Source: Chthoniobacterales bacterium
GTDB taxonomy: Bacteria > Verrucomicrobiota > Verrucomicrobiia > Chthoniobacterales > Chthoniobacteraceae
DNA: 64,000 nucleotides
Direction: 5' to 3'
Assembly (NCBI GenBank): GCA_038207335.1
Contig: JBBQZX010000004.1
Location: 64,001-128,000 of the forward strand
Shown piece after piece: positions 54,201 to 62,033 of this stretch (the stretch's first letter is position 1; each line of letters opens with the position of its first letter). A program made the translations under genes and the position numbers. The notes beneath the pieces were generated by a model that did not search any database, was not told the DNA's origin, and was given only the letters and a program-made list of their open reading frames with translations.

Positions 54201-56483
54201 GCTGCCGTCATTCGTCTGCTTGTAGCCATCCGCGCTAGTTGCGGAGGTCGTCACGTTCAGCGAGTAAATCTGCTGAATCTGCGCAAGCACATTTGCCCGC
54301 CGCGCCATCACGAAATTCTTGATATCCGCAATGCTTCGATTTTGCGAAACTGCGTCCGTCTGTGGCACCCACCCCGCCATGATCCGGTCGATGATCGGGT
54401 CGATCGTCGCGTTGTTGAACCACGTATCCATCGCCTCAAGCAACGCCGAGTAATAGCGCGGCACGAGTTGCGGATGATTGAAAATTCGCGCGAGTCCGAG
54501 CACGCCCGTCCCCGGCGATGTGCCGCCGTCGTAGCTGAAAATGCTGCGCGAAACTCCGCCGGTCGTGTCGCCGATGTCAAAGATCGTATCGAGATCGTGC
54601 GGGATGAATTTGAACCGCGTATCGACCGTCCCGCGATACATGGACGCATCGTCGCCGCCGCCATTTTGCAAGCCGCCCTCCATGTTTCCAATGAGCGCAT
54701 CGACTGCGAAAAACTTATACGTTTCATCGAGATCGAGATGTGAGGAGAGCGCGGCGACGTAATCCACATCGGTGATCGCGGGCTGCGCGCCGGAGCCGCC
54801 CGTCTTCGGCGCGCTGATCACGCGGCAGAGTTCGATCAAGTCGCTGAAGTCGAATTGCTCGTAGTTCGACTCCTTGATGAACGTGTCCGCGTAGGCTAGC
54901 GGTTCCTCACCTTCGTAGCGGAATTCCCCGCTGCCGAGATTGCCCGGCGGCACCCCGACCTGACCGATGTAATGGTAGTCCAGTCGGTAAAAATTCCCGG
55001 CGCCGTCATTCGGAAAATGATGCTTCGCCCAAGCCGAGCCGCGCCCCTCGATCCGCGCGTAGCGGCCATACATCCGCCCGGTCGTGCCCGACGCAACGCC
55101 CGGCTCCGAAAGGTCTGCACCATTCAGGCGAAACTTTACCGCCGCCGCATCCTGCGGCGGGATGCCCGCGAGCTCGAACATCGCCGCGCCGAGCACCTGT
55201 CCGTAGCCGAAGCGGCAGTTCAGCCCGACAGTCCCGCGTCCGTTCCACGAGTCGTCCGCGCGGAAACCGATGTGAAAGTTATTGGGTGGCCCGAGCGCGG
55301 AACTCTGCCCGCGATTTCCCACGTCGATTAAATACCGCACCTGCAGGCCGGTGCCGTCGTGCGAGATGAAGGTTCCATTGAACCGCGCCCCGCTCTGCTC
55401 CTGGCCGCTCGTCGTCTGGAGCTGCACGAGTTCGGACCGCTCGGGCACCGTGAGCACCACGCGGTAGATCGGATTTTCGGCCGCAGTGAGAAAAGTCGCG
55501 GCGGCGGCGTAGCTGTTATCGACTTGGAAAAGCGCGTTCGTCACCTGCCCGAACGTCTCCGGCACCACGCCCGGATTGCTCGTCCGCGCCGGTGCCGGCC
55601 ACGTCCGCGCCTGCGCGCCATCCGTCGCTGAAATATACCACTCCACGATCGCGAGATTTGCCTGACTCGGGATCGTCGCCTCGACGCGTCCGTCGCCGTC
55701 CGTGTCACTCATCGGGAGCGGGTTAAAAGCGCCCGGCGACGCCGCACTCACGCGCCAGAAAAGCGTCGCGCTCGCTCCCGGCACTTCGTCCTCCAGCGCA
55801 CACGAAACCACGACCGGCTCCGTTGATTTCGGCATCAGCGGTGCATGACTCGCCGAGTGAATCAGTGGCGGCAGATCTGCGCTCGCCACCGAATTCGCCG
55901 CTCCCGGCGACCCGCCTGCCACCGCGCTCACGCCCCAGTTTTGTCCCGAACCCGTGCCAAGCAGCGGATTACGAAGCTCCAGCGTTTTCCCGCCGCCATC
56001 CGCCTCCAAAACCCACTCCCAGCCCTGGTGGGAAAACGTCGCCGCCGCCCGCGCACGCAACGCCCAATTCCCGTCCTTTGAATAAGTTACCTCCGACACC
56101 TTTTTCCCGGTCGCATCGTCGAGTTGAAGATGATCGCTCGAGTTGCTCAGCGTCCCCGTCCAGCCGCCCACCAGCGTGCCGGAAAAACCCGGATACCCAC
56201 TTTGAAAAATCGCCACATCCGCCGCTACGACCACGTATCCGCCCGCCGCAATCGACGTCCCCGCCGGGAAAGTGAACGTCACTCCCTTGCTGAATTTCCA
56301 CCCCGACAAATCGACCGCCGCAACCCCGCCATTGAAAATCTCGACCCACTCCTCGCGCACATCCTCACCCATCGGAACCGGTTTGTCCGGCGTGTGAAAC
56401 ATGATCTCATTGATCACCGGCGCGGCGAGCGTCGTGCAGGCGGTGGCGGCGAGGATGATCCACGAGAGGAGGGACTTGCGCAT
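48279..56483 (-). CDS. Giant secreted lamin-tail-domain / CotH-kinase / beta-helix protein (about 2730 aa)
   Basis: Signal peptide; LTDs (VINEIMFH...EWVEI, VRINEV, VRISEW, LRITEIMFNP); CotH-like region (YKFFAVDALIGN...FIPHDLD); pectin-lyase-like repeats (DKGIS, DPLF). Confidence 0.85.
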   Translation of the reverse strand: MRKSLLSWIILAATACTTLAAPVINEIMFHTPDKPVPMGEDVREEWVEIFNGGVAAVDLSGWKFSKGVTFTFPAGTSIAAGGYVVVAADVAIFQSGYPGFSGTLVGGWTGTLSNSSDHLQLDDATGKKVSEVTYSKDGNWALRARAAATFSHQGWEWVLEADGGGKTLELRNPLLGTGSGQNWGVSAVAGGSPGAANSVASADLPPLIHSASHAPLMPKSTEPVVVSCALEDEVPGASATLFWRVSAASPGAFNPLPMSDTDGDGRVEATIPSQANLAIVEWYISATDGAQARTWPAPARTSNPGVVPETFGQVTNALFQVDNSYAAAATFLTAAENPIYRVVLTVPERSELVQLQTTSGQEQSGARFNGTFISHDGTGLQVRYLIDVGNRGQSSALGPPNNFHIGFRADDSWNGRGTVGLNCRFGYGQVLGAAMFELAGIPPQDAAAVKFRLNGADLSEPGVASGTTGRMYGRYARIEGRGSAWAKHHFPNDGAGNFYRLDYHYIGQVGVPPGNLGSGEFRYEGEEPLAYADTFIKESNYEQFDFSDLIELCRVISAPKTGGSGAQPAITDVDYVAALSSHLDLDETYKFFAVDALIGNMEGGLQNGGGDDASMYRGTVDTRFKFIPHDLDTIFDIGDTTGGVSRSIFSYDGGTSPGTGVLGLARIFNHPQLVPRYYSALLEAMDTWFNNATIDPIIDRIMAGWVPQTDAVSQNRSIADIKNFVMARRANVLAQIQQIYSLNVTTSATSADGYKQTNDGSATFSGTFNVAKTYSITVNGQLANLSYRTTTSPVATAGTWSLAVPAAGGLVLKPGLNKVVVKFWDAPGGAGKVLTALNADVYYNTGSSVGVAGSLTAGSLRLTAPASFIPGVPFLARVDLLDGQGNLDRSVWDANIALSSNVSGMTLPPVQLYNGTGAALVTVGGSSSQPDQTIIARGATWLYLDDGSNQGTAWRAQTFAAESAAPWKFGPAELGVGDGDEATVVARNTTTSQPFRTYYFRRHFTLPTPLPAYAAVKIHMKCDDGAIVYVNGTQAAITGGMTANMAYNALCTFNRSTTSTPNENTIEEYSIPLNLLVAGDNTIAVEVHNTADTSPDISFDTDLIASYPSADPGNFTLTATGAGFSAQKALTSIGASPAMTDVSGALATGTTTWSGIIHVTGDVTVPVGGILNISAGTHVLMDGDATAGSTAGKRIVVNGALNSQGTASNPVTFTATNATDRWGGLVFTNAQPSTLSYTLLNHAGHTTGVGHTGRGPMLRIAGSAVTLSDSVLADGPAKAAYTSGTCSLTIQRSLITRMITGPEVEDGCTVLVEDSNIQQILPDFRESNSLLSDDEDCFYIHNGSARTILFDRCVFARCGDDVIDCLGGPFTVRDSILREGWDKGISLLNNDLNISGTQIIRCDKGIALKSQNANTLTVNATNLTIVSENHDSLLAPWGYTGGVNGGDPDTASTGFYTQNKAGQSNAGATLVFNVKNCIVQAQVPVLVDSPYSSANTTITYSDLRLEDGSAFSWPGTGNITADPLFANVANGNYRITAASPARDTGDPATFDPDNTRVDMGALPFTGTTTGGTITWSAAGGPYRVTANATIPAGTTLVIQPGAHVYLDQNVRMTVNGRIVAQGTADQHIVFSHVPGTIAAGDADPIKNGVQTGPPKWGGLRIIDSMSQENMIAYCDFVNAQGTSPLGVENQGGLGVIRSWAWVDHCSWTGSHLRWCYGRNVKLTVTNCSFQDMFDATEAPPADFITGADNSQEPLKVEYPSTDPEVANAAFNGGFPIGGWFRVYFNDFYGNKGHNDVFDGDGGRAGVTFPLDCRYNYFHGLTGDEHLDLAGDALIANNIIERGTKDQYTSDTGYSNAISTGTSGVATTNMVARNLFFDIDHVINCKAQVAAIIEHNTIASIHPDFHYVAGAPYFIDQNVNCSVANMLVRNDGATPGHGDGAYFGYNIISGVPRLVGDADLVQTATNTFNNSFTTKIEFNQNLLDAVTDTSIGANHPGTIYSSAFGVNWQGAPLFVDAAEKNYNLQPGSPARGAGPAELDLGFTTPEWAYIDGGPVPVTNSNTATFQIGGPGLIAYKWRLDGGVWSAVLPVGSGATFPRTGPTLRQSTLSLTGLGTGSHTLEVLGQDFAGNWQDADPAKAYLGLPQFTPTARTWTVDPAAQLVRINEVRADSATLLPDAIELFNGSAAAVDLGGYTLTDDATKPLKYAFPAGTMIAAGGYLTVTTSQTAISLDRDGDDVRLYRSGALVDSVTFGPQIPDLTIGRVGRNGSWALCSPTFDSANAPVAVGGSSGVRISEWFTSGVVLYSNDWIELANPSSLPVSISGVHLSNNGIGDPNAHTFPPLSFIGANGFLKLIADGKPANGPGHLAFTLDAQQESVALADAAGTLLDVVFFGPQTTDRSQGRDATGAYQFYELPTRGLANGTSDPAYANALAILRGLRITEIMFNPIGGAEYEFLELRNVGATALDLTGVKIANGVDFTFTGGTLAPGQNIVVVSNLAKFRSRYGTTVNVAGAYAGKLDNAGETIAVQLPPPFDANAMNFAYNNTWQAGADGAGRSLVVGNLLLPAIQWGDRATWLASASNGGDPDGAIIPPFGTFADWTAHFASGIATADIDRDGIPALIEFALGLDPSTPATIGIPTVTVAADGHLELHIAIPASTLATQLHGLPEITYTVEATGDFAAWTTIATKTHTTPWTGTATVTIDPAVGGVVPVTVRDPALSTSRYLRLRAGWTP

Positions 56484-56793
56484 AAAACGGGAGGGGGCAG
56501 ATACAAAGGGGGACACTCCCCCCCATCTAACATCACAATCCCCTCGTCTCATGCGGAATTTTACGAAATCACAATACAATCGTGACATTTGACGCCGAGC
56601 CAACCTGCCAACTCTCCCGCTCGAGGCGCTGCCGGCCACGGCTCAGGCGCGGCTCTCTCTCCCCGCGATCTGGACGCAAACAGCATCAAACTCTACTGAT
56701 GATCTCCCTACCCGAGCTGTGGCCCCAAAAGCCGGACTGCAAGCCCTCCACGTCCACACATTCGCTCGATCTCGGAAACCTCCTCGCCACCAC

Positions 56794-57291
56794 ATGAAGA
56801 CGCTACTCATCACGCTGCTCGTCCTCACCATCGCCGCATCAGCTCAAGACGACGCTGCGAAAGAACCCAAGCCCGGCGATGAATCGGCGACGCAGACCGA
56901 AGCAACGGCCAACGGCGAGCGCAAAGGTGCCGCGACCGTGCTCCATCGCGATGACATCCTGCACGACCGCGGCGGCGGGAAGCATCTCTGGCCCTTGTTG
57001 AGCACACCGGAGGCACGCGTGAACTACTTTGAAGTCACCAGTCGCGGCGCGCTGCATTTTCACCCGGATGCCGACCACCGGCTCTACGTGCTGGAGGGCG
57101 CCGTGCTCGTGACGTGCGGCGCGACCACCACCAAATGCTCAGCGGGCGATTTCATCATTATCCCCCGCGGCGTGCGCCACTGCTACGACGTCGCTGCACC
57201 GGGCGAAAAGGCGCTGCTGCTCACCTTCGACGCGCCACCCTACGACCCGAAGAAAACCGTGAACGTCGAGCCGAAGGCCACGGGGAAATAG
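56794..57291 (+). CDS. Exported cupin domain protein
   Basis: Signal peptide; LHFHPDADH..YVLEG and GDFIIIPRGVRH cupin motifs. Confidence 0.85.
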   Translation: MKTLLITLLVLTIAASAQDDAAKEPKPGDESATQTEATANGERKGAATVLHRDDILHDRGGGKHLWPLLSTPEARVNYFEVTSRGALHFHPDADHRLYVLEGAVLVTCGATTTKCSAGDFIIIPRGVRHCYDVAAPGEKALLLTFDAPPYDPKKTVNVEPKATGK

Positions 57292-57420
57292 CGTTGGGTA
57301 TCCCGCGTGAAGCACACGCCTCAGCCTGAATATCCGCGCAAGCGTTTACTGGCGCTTGCATTGAATTGATGCTCTTCGCTTCCGCGGACGCACCGAGTTG
57401 GAGGAAAATGCGCCCTTGAG

Positions 57421-58435
57421 GGCAGCTACAGATTTCACATCGAGAACCGGAAACTCATCGACTGGCTCGAATCCCCGTGCCGCGCGCTGAGTGTGCCGAT
57501 CACGGATGCAACGATGACTGGCGTGCAGCGATCCGACGCGGGGATCGGCGGGCTGGTGCTCGAAACCGGCAAGCGGATCCCGGGTGATCTTTTCGTGGAT
57601 GCGAGCGGCTTCCGGTCGGAAATGATCGGTCGCGCGCTGAAGGAGCCGTGGGTGCCGTTCGATGGCGCGCTCTTCACCGACCGCGCGGTAATTGGCGGCT
57701 GGGAGCGCACCGGCGAGCCCATCTCCCCAACACCACGGCGGAGACGATGGACGCGGGCTGGGCGTGGCAGATCGAGCACGAGCATTTCAGCAACCGCGGC
57801 TACGTATATGCGTCGTCGGAGATCACGGATGATGCTGCCCGCGAGGAATTTGCGCGCAAGAACCCGAAGCTCGGCAACACGCGGGTGGTGCGGTTCCGCA
57901 GCGGACGATACGCGCGGCTGTTCGTGGGGAATGTGGTCGCCGTGGGAAATTCGAGTGGGTTCGTGGAGCCGCTGGAGGCCACGGCGCTCGCGCAGCTCAT
58001 CCTGGAGCTGCGGCTTCTCGTGGACGTGCTGAAGGACTCGCGACTGCGTCCCTGAGGCTCGCTCGTCGCGCTCTACAACGGGATCGTGGCCGAGGCCTGG
58101 GAGGCGATCCGCGACTTTCTCGCGCTGCATTACCGCTTCAATACGCGGCTCGACACCCCGTTTTGGCGTCGCTGCCGCGAGGAGACGGACATCGGCGCGC
58201 TGGGCCCATTCCTCGATTTTTATCGCGAAAATGGGCCAAGCGGCTTCGGCCAGCGCCTGCTGCCACGCGGCAGCGAGCTCTTTCACATGGAGGGCTACCT
58301 CGCGCTGCTCATCGGGATGCGAGTGCCCTACCGCGGCGCTCGGAGCCCGTGCCGGAGGCTGAGTCGCGTATTTGGGGGGAATTTTGCCGGAGAAATGGGG
58401 CGTTCATATCACCGGAGTGGACGACCTTCGCGTAG
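57421..58435 (+). pseudogene. Flavin-dependent (tryptophan 7-)halogenase pseudogene
   Basis: FHIEN, DLFVDASGFRS, GWAWQI, GFVEPLEATA, HYRFNTRLDTPFW spread over several frames; frameshift near 57725; in-frame TGA at 58053-58055; N-terminal GxGxxG part missing. Confidence 0.85.
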
Positions 58436-58539
58436 GATTCTGATTTCGACGCTTTTGCCTGGCCCGCAGAGCCTCCGGGATTGACTCGAAAAGGAGAGCC
58501 CCTAGTTTCAACCGCTTTCGCGCAAACAACCTCTCTGGC

Positions 58540-59718
58540 ATGTCTCAAAAAATTCTGGTGATCGACGACAGCCTTGCGGCATCCCGACTGGCGGAGAGCG
58601 TGGCCGCGGAGCATTTCGGAGCCGTCGATGTCCTCGTTGCGCAGCGCGGTGCCGATGCTTTCGATCGCTTCGATATCGCGCTCCCCGACCTCATCCTCCT
58701 CGGCAACACGCTGCCCGACATGGATGCCGCAGTCATCTGCCAGCGCCTCCTCGACGACCCCGCCACCGCGCGCGTGCCCGTCGCCGTCATCGCGCAAAAT
58801 GGAACCGGTGACGCCCTCGCGGAGCATTATAGGAATATCATCCAGACACTGCCGAGGCCGCTCACAGCTGAGTCGCTGCTCGGCGTGATGACCACCGCGC
58901 TCGCGAAAACCAAAGGCGCAGCAAAAGCCGCGCGCCAGCAATTTTCCCACGACCCCGAGGCCATCGTCTTCAGTGGCCACACCGGATTTTTCCCCTTCCG
59001 CTCGGCGCTGCAAATGGCGCATGGCGACAAACTCACCGGCGTCCTCCGCTTCTTCATCGCGCGGCATCCCATCGAGGTCTTCATCAGCAAAGGCCGCTTC
59101 CTTTTCGCCACCACGCGCAACTTTCAGCTCTACTGCCGCGACTCCCCGGCCATCCTCTCCTCCACGAATCTCGGCACCCTCGTCGAAGCGCAAATCACGC
59201 AACAGGCTACCGGTTGCCCGTGCTTCCTTTTCCTATCGCAGCGCGGCGGATTTCCGCACGAGGACGTGATGCAAATCACGCGCGACCACGGACAGCGCGC
59301 ATTTTCAAATCTCTGGACGGCGGGCCGCGTCAGCTTCGAGTTTGAGGAGCTGAGCGAGTTTCCCGACTACGCGAAAAATTTCGCCCCCAGCAACGAAGAC
59401 CCCGACAACTGGACGCTCGCCAGCCTGCGGCATGTGAAATTCGAGAGCCTCATGGCCAGCCAGCGCCCCGACCCGAACGGCAGCCCCGCCTACTCGAGAA
59501 AAGGCTACGACCTCATCCAGCGGCTCAAGCTCAACGACGTCGAGGCTCGCTTCGCCACCGCGGTGAACGGTGCCGAGACCCTTCAATCCATCGCGCACCG
59601 GATCGGCGTCCCGCTCAACGACGCGCTCCTCATCGTATTCCGCTTCCTCGCGCTAGACCTCATCGACTACTGGAGCTCGAACGTACTTTCGCTCCCCGGC
59701 GCTCCGTCCGACCTCTAA
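58540..59718 (+). CDS. Atypical receiver domain + DUF4388/PATAN-like domain protein
   Basis: KILVIDDS...PDLILLGNTLPDMD; downstream LQMAHGDKLTGVLRF...G.F PATAN-like motif. Confidence 0.75.
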   Translation: MSQKILVIDDSLAASRLAESVAAEHFGAVDVLVAQRGADAFDRFDIALPDLILLGNTLPDMDAAVICQRLLDDPATARVPVAVIAQNGTGDALAEHYRNIIQTLPRPLTAESLLGVMTTALAKTKGAAKAARQQFSHDPEAIVFSGHTGFFPFRSALQMAHGDKLTGVLRFFIARHPIEVFISKGRFLFATTRNFQLYCRDSPAILSSTNLGTLVEAQITQQATGCPCFLFLSQRGGFPHEDVMQITRDHGQRAFSNLWTAGRVSFEFEELSEFPDYAKNFAPSNEDPDNWTLASLRHVKFESLMASQRPDPNGSPAYSRKGYDLIQRLKLNDVEARFATAVNGAETLQSIAHRIGVPLNDALLIVFRFLALDLIDYWSSNVLSLPGAPSDL

Positions 59719-59767
59719 ATCCGGGATCGCCAAATCCCCCGACCGTCGGTGCGCACGCCCGGTGAGA

Positions 59768-60349
59768 TTACCGGTCGTTGAGCCCCTTTCCATCGAGGAT
59801 CTGCGGCGTACATTTTTCGATCCGCGCCCCCCGGGTTTTCGATTGTTTAGGCGCGGAAAAATGAAGGAGATATGCGCGTTGCCGTCCCGGCGTCAGGGCT
59901 CGGAAAGCGGCTTTCAAGGCAGGGTCCTCATTCAGTTTTTTTTGGAGTTCATCAGGGACTGTGAACTCCGAAGGCTTTTTGTAAGTCACCTCCAACCCGG
60001 CCTTCTCCACTTCGACGGCTTCTTGAATATAGGATTTCAAGATGGGCTTCATCGCCACGATTTCTCGCAACGAGGTGAAAGGCACGCGGCGCGCCGCCTG
60101 CGTATTCTCCCCGGGCTTCTCCAGAATGCGCTCGGGGTCGTTCAACAACGCACCTTTGGCAAACAAGACCGAGCAGGTTTCCTTAAATCCCTGCAGGATC
60201 ACGATGTTACTTTCCTGAAAAGTGTAGCACGGCTTTCCCCACTTCAATTCTTCGACCAGTCCACAACCGAGAACGATCTCTCTCAGCCTCTCCATTTCCT
60301 CGCGCCACGTCGTGGCCTTTCTCAAAAACTCATCAACTTTGGGGTTCAT
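59768..60349 (-). CDS. YdeI/OmpD-associated (DUF1801) family protein
   Basis: EELKWGKPCY; AFRALTPGRQRAYLLHFSAPKQSKTR. Confidence 0.9.
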   Translation of the reverse strand: MNPKVDEFLRKATTWREEMERLREIVLGCGLVEELKWGKPCYTFQESNIVILQGFKETCSVLFAKGALLNDPERILEKPGENTQAARRVPFTSLREIVAMKPILKSYIQEAVEVEKAGLEVTYKKPSEFTVPDELQKKLNEDPALKAAFRALTPGRQRAYLLHFSAPKQSKTRGARIEKCTPQILDGKGLNDR

Positions 60350-60385
60350 TTTGCTTCGTGAATTGAGGTGTTCGAGCGCAGATCG

Positions 60386-61039
60386 CTAATACCTCCGCAG
60401 CCATGCCTCGGTCAAATATTTTTGGTCGGCGAGCCCTTGGGCGGCAGCGATCTCTTCGGGGGTTAGGAGGCGTGGAGATGAAGCGCTGCTCCAGGCGTTG
60501 GCAAGGACGGCAGGGAAGTCCGCGGCTGGGATATTTTGCACGCTCCCTTGGTGAAGCAGTCCGCCGCGGGTGCGACGCTGAGCGGCTCCTGCGATTTTCC
60601 GTCCGTCGGCTAGGAGGTCGTATTGCACGGGATTTTCAAAGCAAGCTTCGGAGGTCTTCGGAGACGCGATTTTCGCGACTGCGAACGCCCCCCCCAGCCA
60701 GCGCGCGAGGCCCTCATGGATTGCGCGGTAGGTATCGAGCGGAGGCATTTCGAAGATCGTGCGGCAAGTGCGGGGAATGATGAGCGAGTAGGTGAGATCT
60801 TCGCCGTGAGGGACCGCTCCGCCGCCCGTCCACCGGCGCACGATTTCGCGCTGAGGCCATCCTGCGGCGATGTCGCGATGTTTCAAAAAATAGCCAAAAG
60901 AGACGGCGGGCCGCGCCCATCGATAGATGCGCAAGAGTGGGCCGGTCGCAGCGTGCAGGAGTGTTTCGTCGATTGCCATGTTCAGCGCGGCGTCGTGGGG
61001 CTGCGGGTCGATCACTTCGGTGATGTGGCTGAAAAGCAC
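60386..61039 (-). CDS. Lipoate-protein ligase A / octanoyltransferase family protein
   Basis: NMAIDE, VRRWTGGGAVPH, CF, GRKIAGAAQRR, LHQGS. Confidence 0.88.
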   Translation of the reverse strand: MLFSHITEVIDPQPHDAALNMAIDETLLHAATGPLLRIYRWARPAVSFGYFLKHRDIAAGWPQREIVRRWTGGGAVPHGEDLTYSLIIPRTCRTIFEMPPLDTYRAIHEGLARWLGGAFAVAKIASPKTSEACFENPVQYDLLADGRKIAGAAQRRTRGGLLHQGSVQNIPAADFPAVLANAWSSASSPRLLTPEEIAAAQGLADQKYLTEAWLRRY

Positions 61040-61115
61040 GCGCAGAGGCTAATCCCGCAACTTTTTGCGGGCAAGATTGCCAATCATGGAGCGCGCCGAT
61101 ACGGTCGAAAATCTT

Positions 61116-62033
61116 ATGGCTAAAGCTGCACTTGGCAAAGGACTCAGCGCGCTGCTCAGCGCCCGGCCCGCCTCTCCGATCGTCTCCCCGACTCCCGCAG
61201 TGGAGCAGGGCGAACGCGTGCAACTCGTCGGGCTCGCGCAGATCGTACCGACGCCGCTGCAACCGCGCTCGGTGTTCCGCGATGAGAATTTGCAGGAGCT
61301 GGTGGACTCGATCAAAGAACGCGGGATCATCCAGCCGCTCATCGTGCGGCGGCGCGGCGATAAATATGAGCTGATTGCAGGCGAACGACGGTGGCGGGCT
61401 TCGCAGCGCGCGGGGCTGAAGGACGCGCCGGTGATCGTGCGCGAGGCGTCCGATCAGGAGGTGTTGGAGCTGGCGCTGATCGAGAACATGCAGCGCGAAG
61501 ACCTCAACGCGATCGAGGAGGCAAAGGCGTTTTCGAGATTGGCGAAGGAGTTCGGGCTGAAGCAGGAGGACATCGCGCAGAAGGTGGGCAAGAGCCGGGC
61601 GTCGATCGCTAATAGCATGAGGCTGCTCGATCTAAACGAGCAGGTGCAGAGCTGGCTGACGCAGGGACGCGTGTCGGTCGGTCATGCGAAAGTGTTGCTC
61701 TCGATCAAATCGACGGACGACCAACTCCGGCTCGCGGATGAGATCATCCGGCGTGCGCTGACGGTGCGGGCGGCGGAGAAATTGGTGGCGGACCACTTCA
61801 CGCAAAATGGCGAAACGAAGCCAACGCGCGGGAGTACCTCGACCGCCTCACACGCGCCGGCGTCGCTTTCACCCGCGCTGCAGCATGTGCAGAATCGGCT
61901 CCAGCAGCATCTCGCCACGCATGTCTCGCTGCACCACAACGAGAAGCGCGGGCGCATCGACATCGAGTATTACGGGAGCGACGACTTGAATCGCCTCCTT
62001 GCCGTGCTGGGCCTCGCGACGGAAGAAATCTGA
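61116..62033 (+). CDS. parB: Chromosome partitioning protein ParB/Spo0J
   Basis: ALGKGLSALL ParA-interacting peptide, QPR, GIIQP, IAGERRWRA, ENMQREDLNAIEEA, HTH. Confidence 0.93.
   Translation: MAKAALGKGLSALLSARPASPIVSPTPAVEQGERVQLVGLAQIVPTPLQPRSVFRDENLQELVDSIKERGIIQPLIVRRRGDKYELIAGERRWRASQRAGLKDAPVIVREASDQEVLELALIENMQREDLNAIEEAKAFSRLAKEFGLKQEDIAQKVGKSRASIANSMRLLDLNEQVQSWLTQGRVSVGHAKVLLSIKSTDDQLRLADEIIRRALTVRAAEKLVADHFTQNGETKPTRGSTSTASHAPASLSPALQHVQNRLQQHLATHVSLHHNEKRGRIDIEYYGSDDLNRLLAVLGLATEEI

Noticed and set aside
57299..57314. parS-like TATCCCGCGTGAAGCA
   Set aside because: Five mismatches to TGTTTCACGTGAAACA and not palindromic
58053..58055. In-frame TGA as selenocysteine or readthrough
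   Set aside because: The gene also has frameshifts and a 5' truncation; the position is not an evident Cys site
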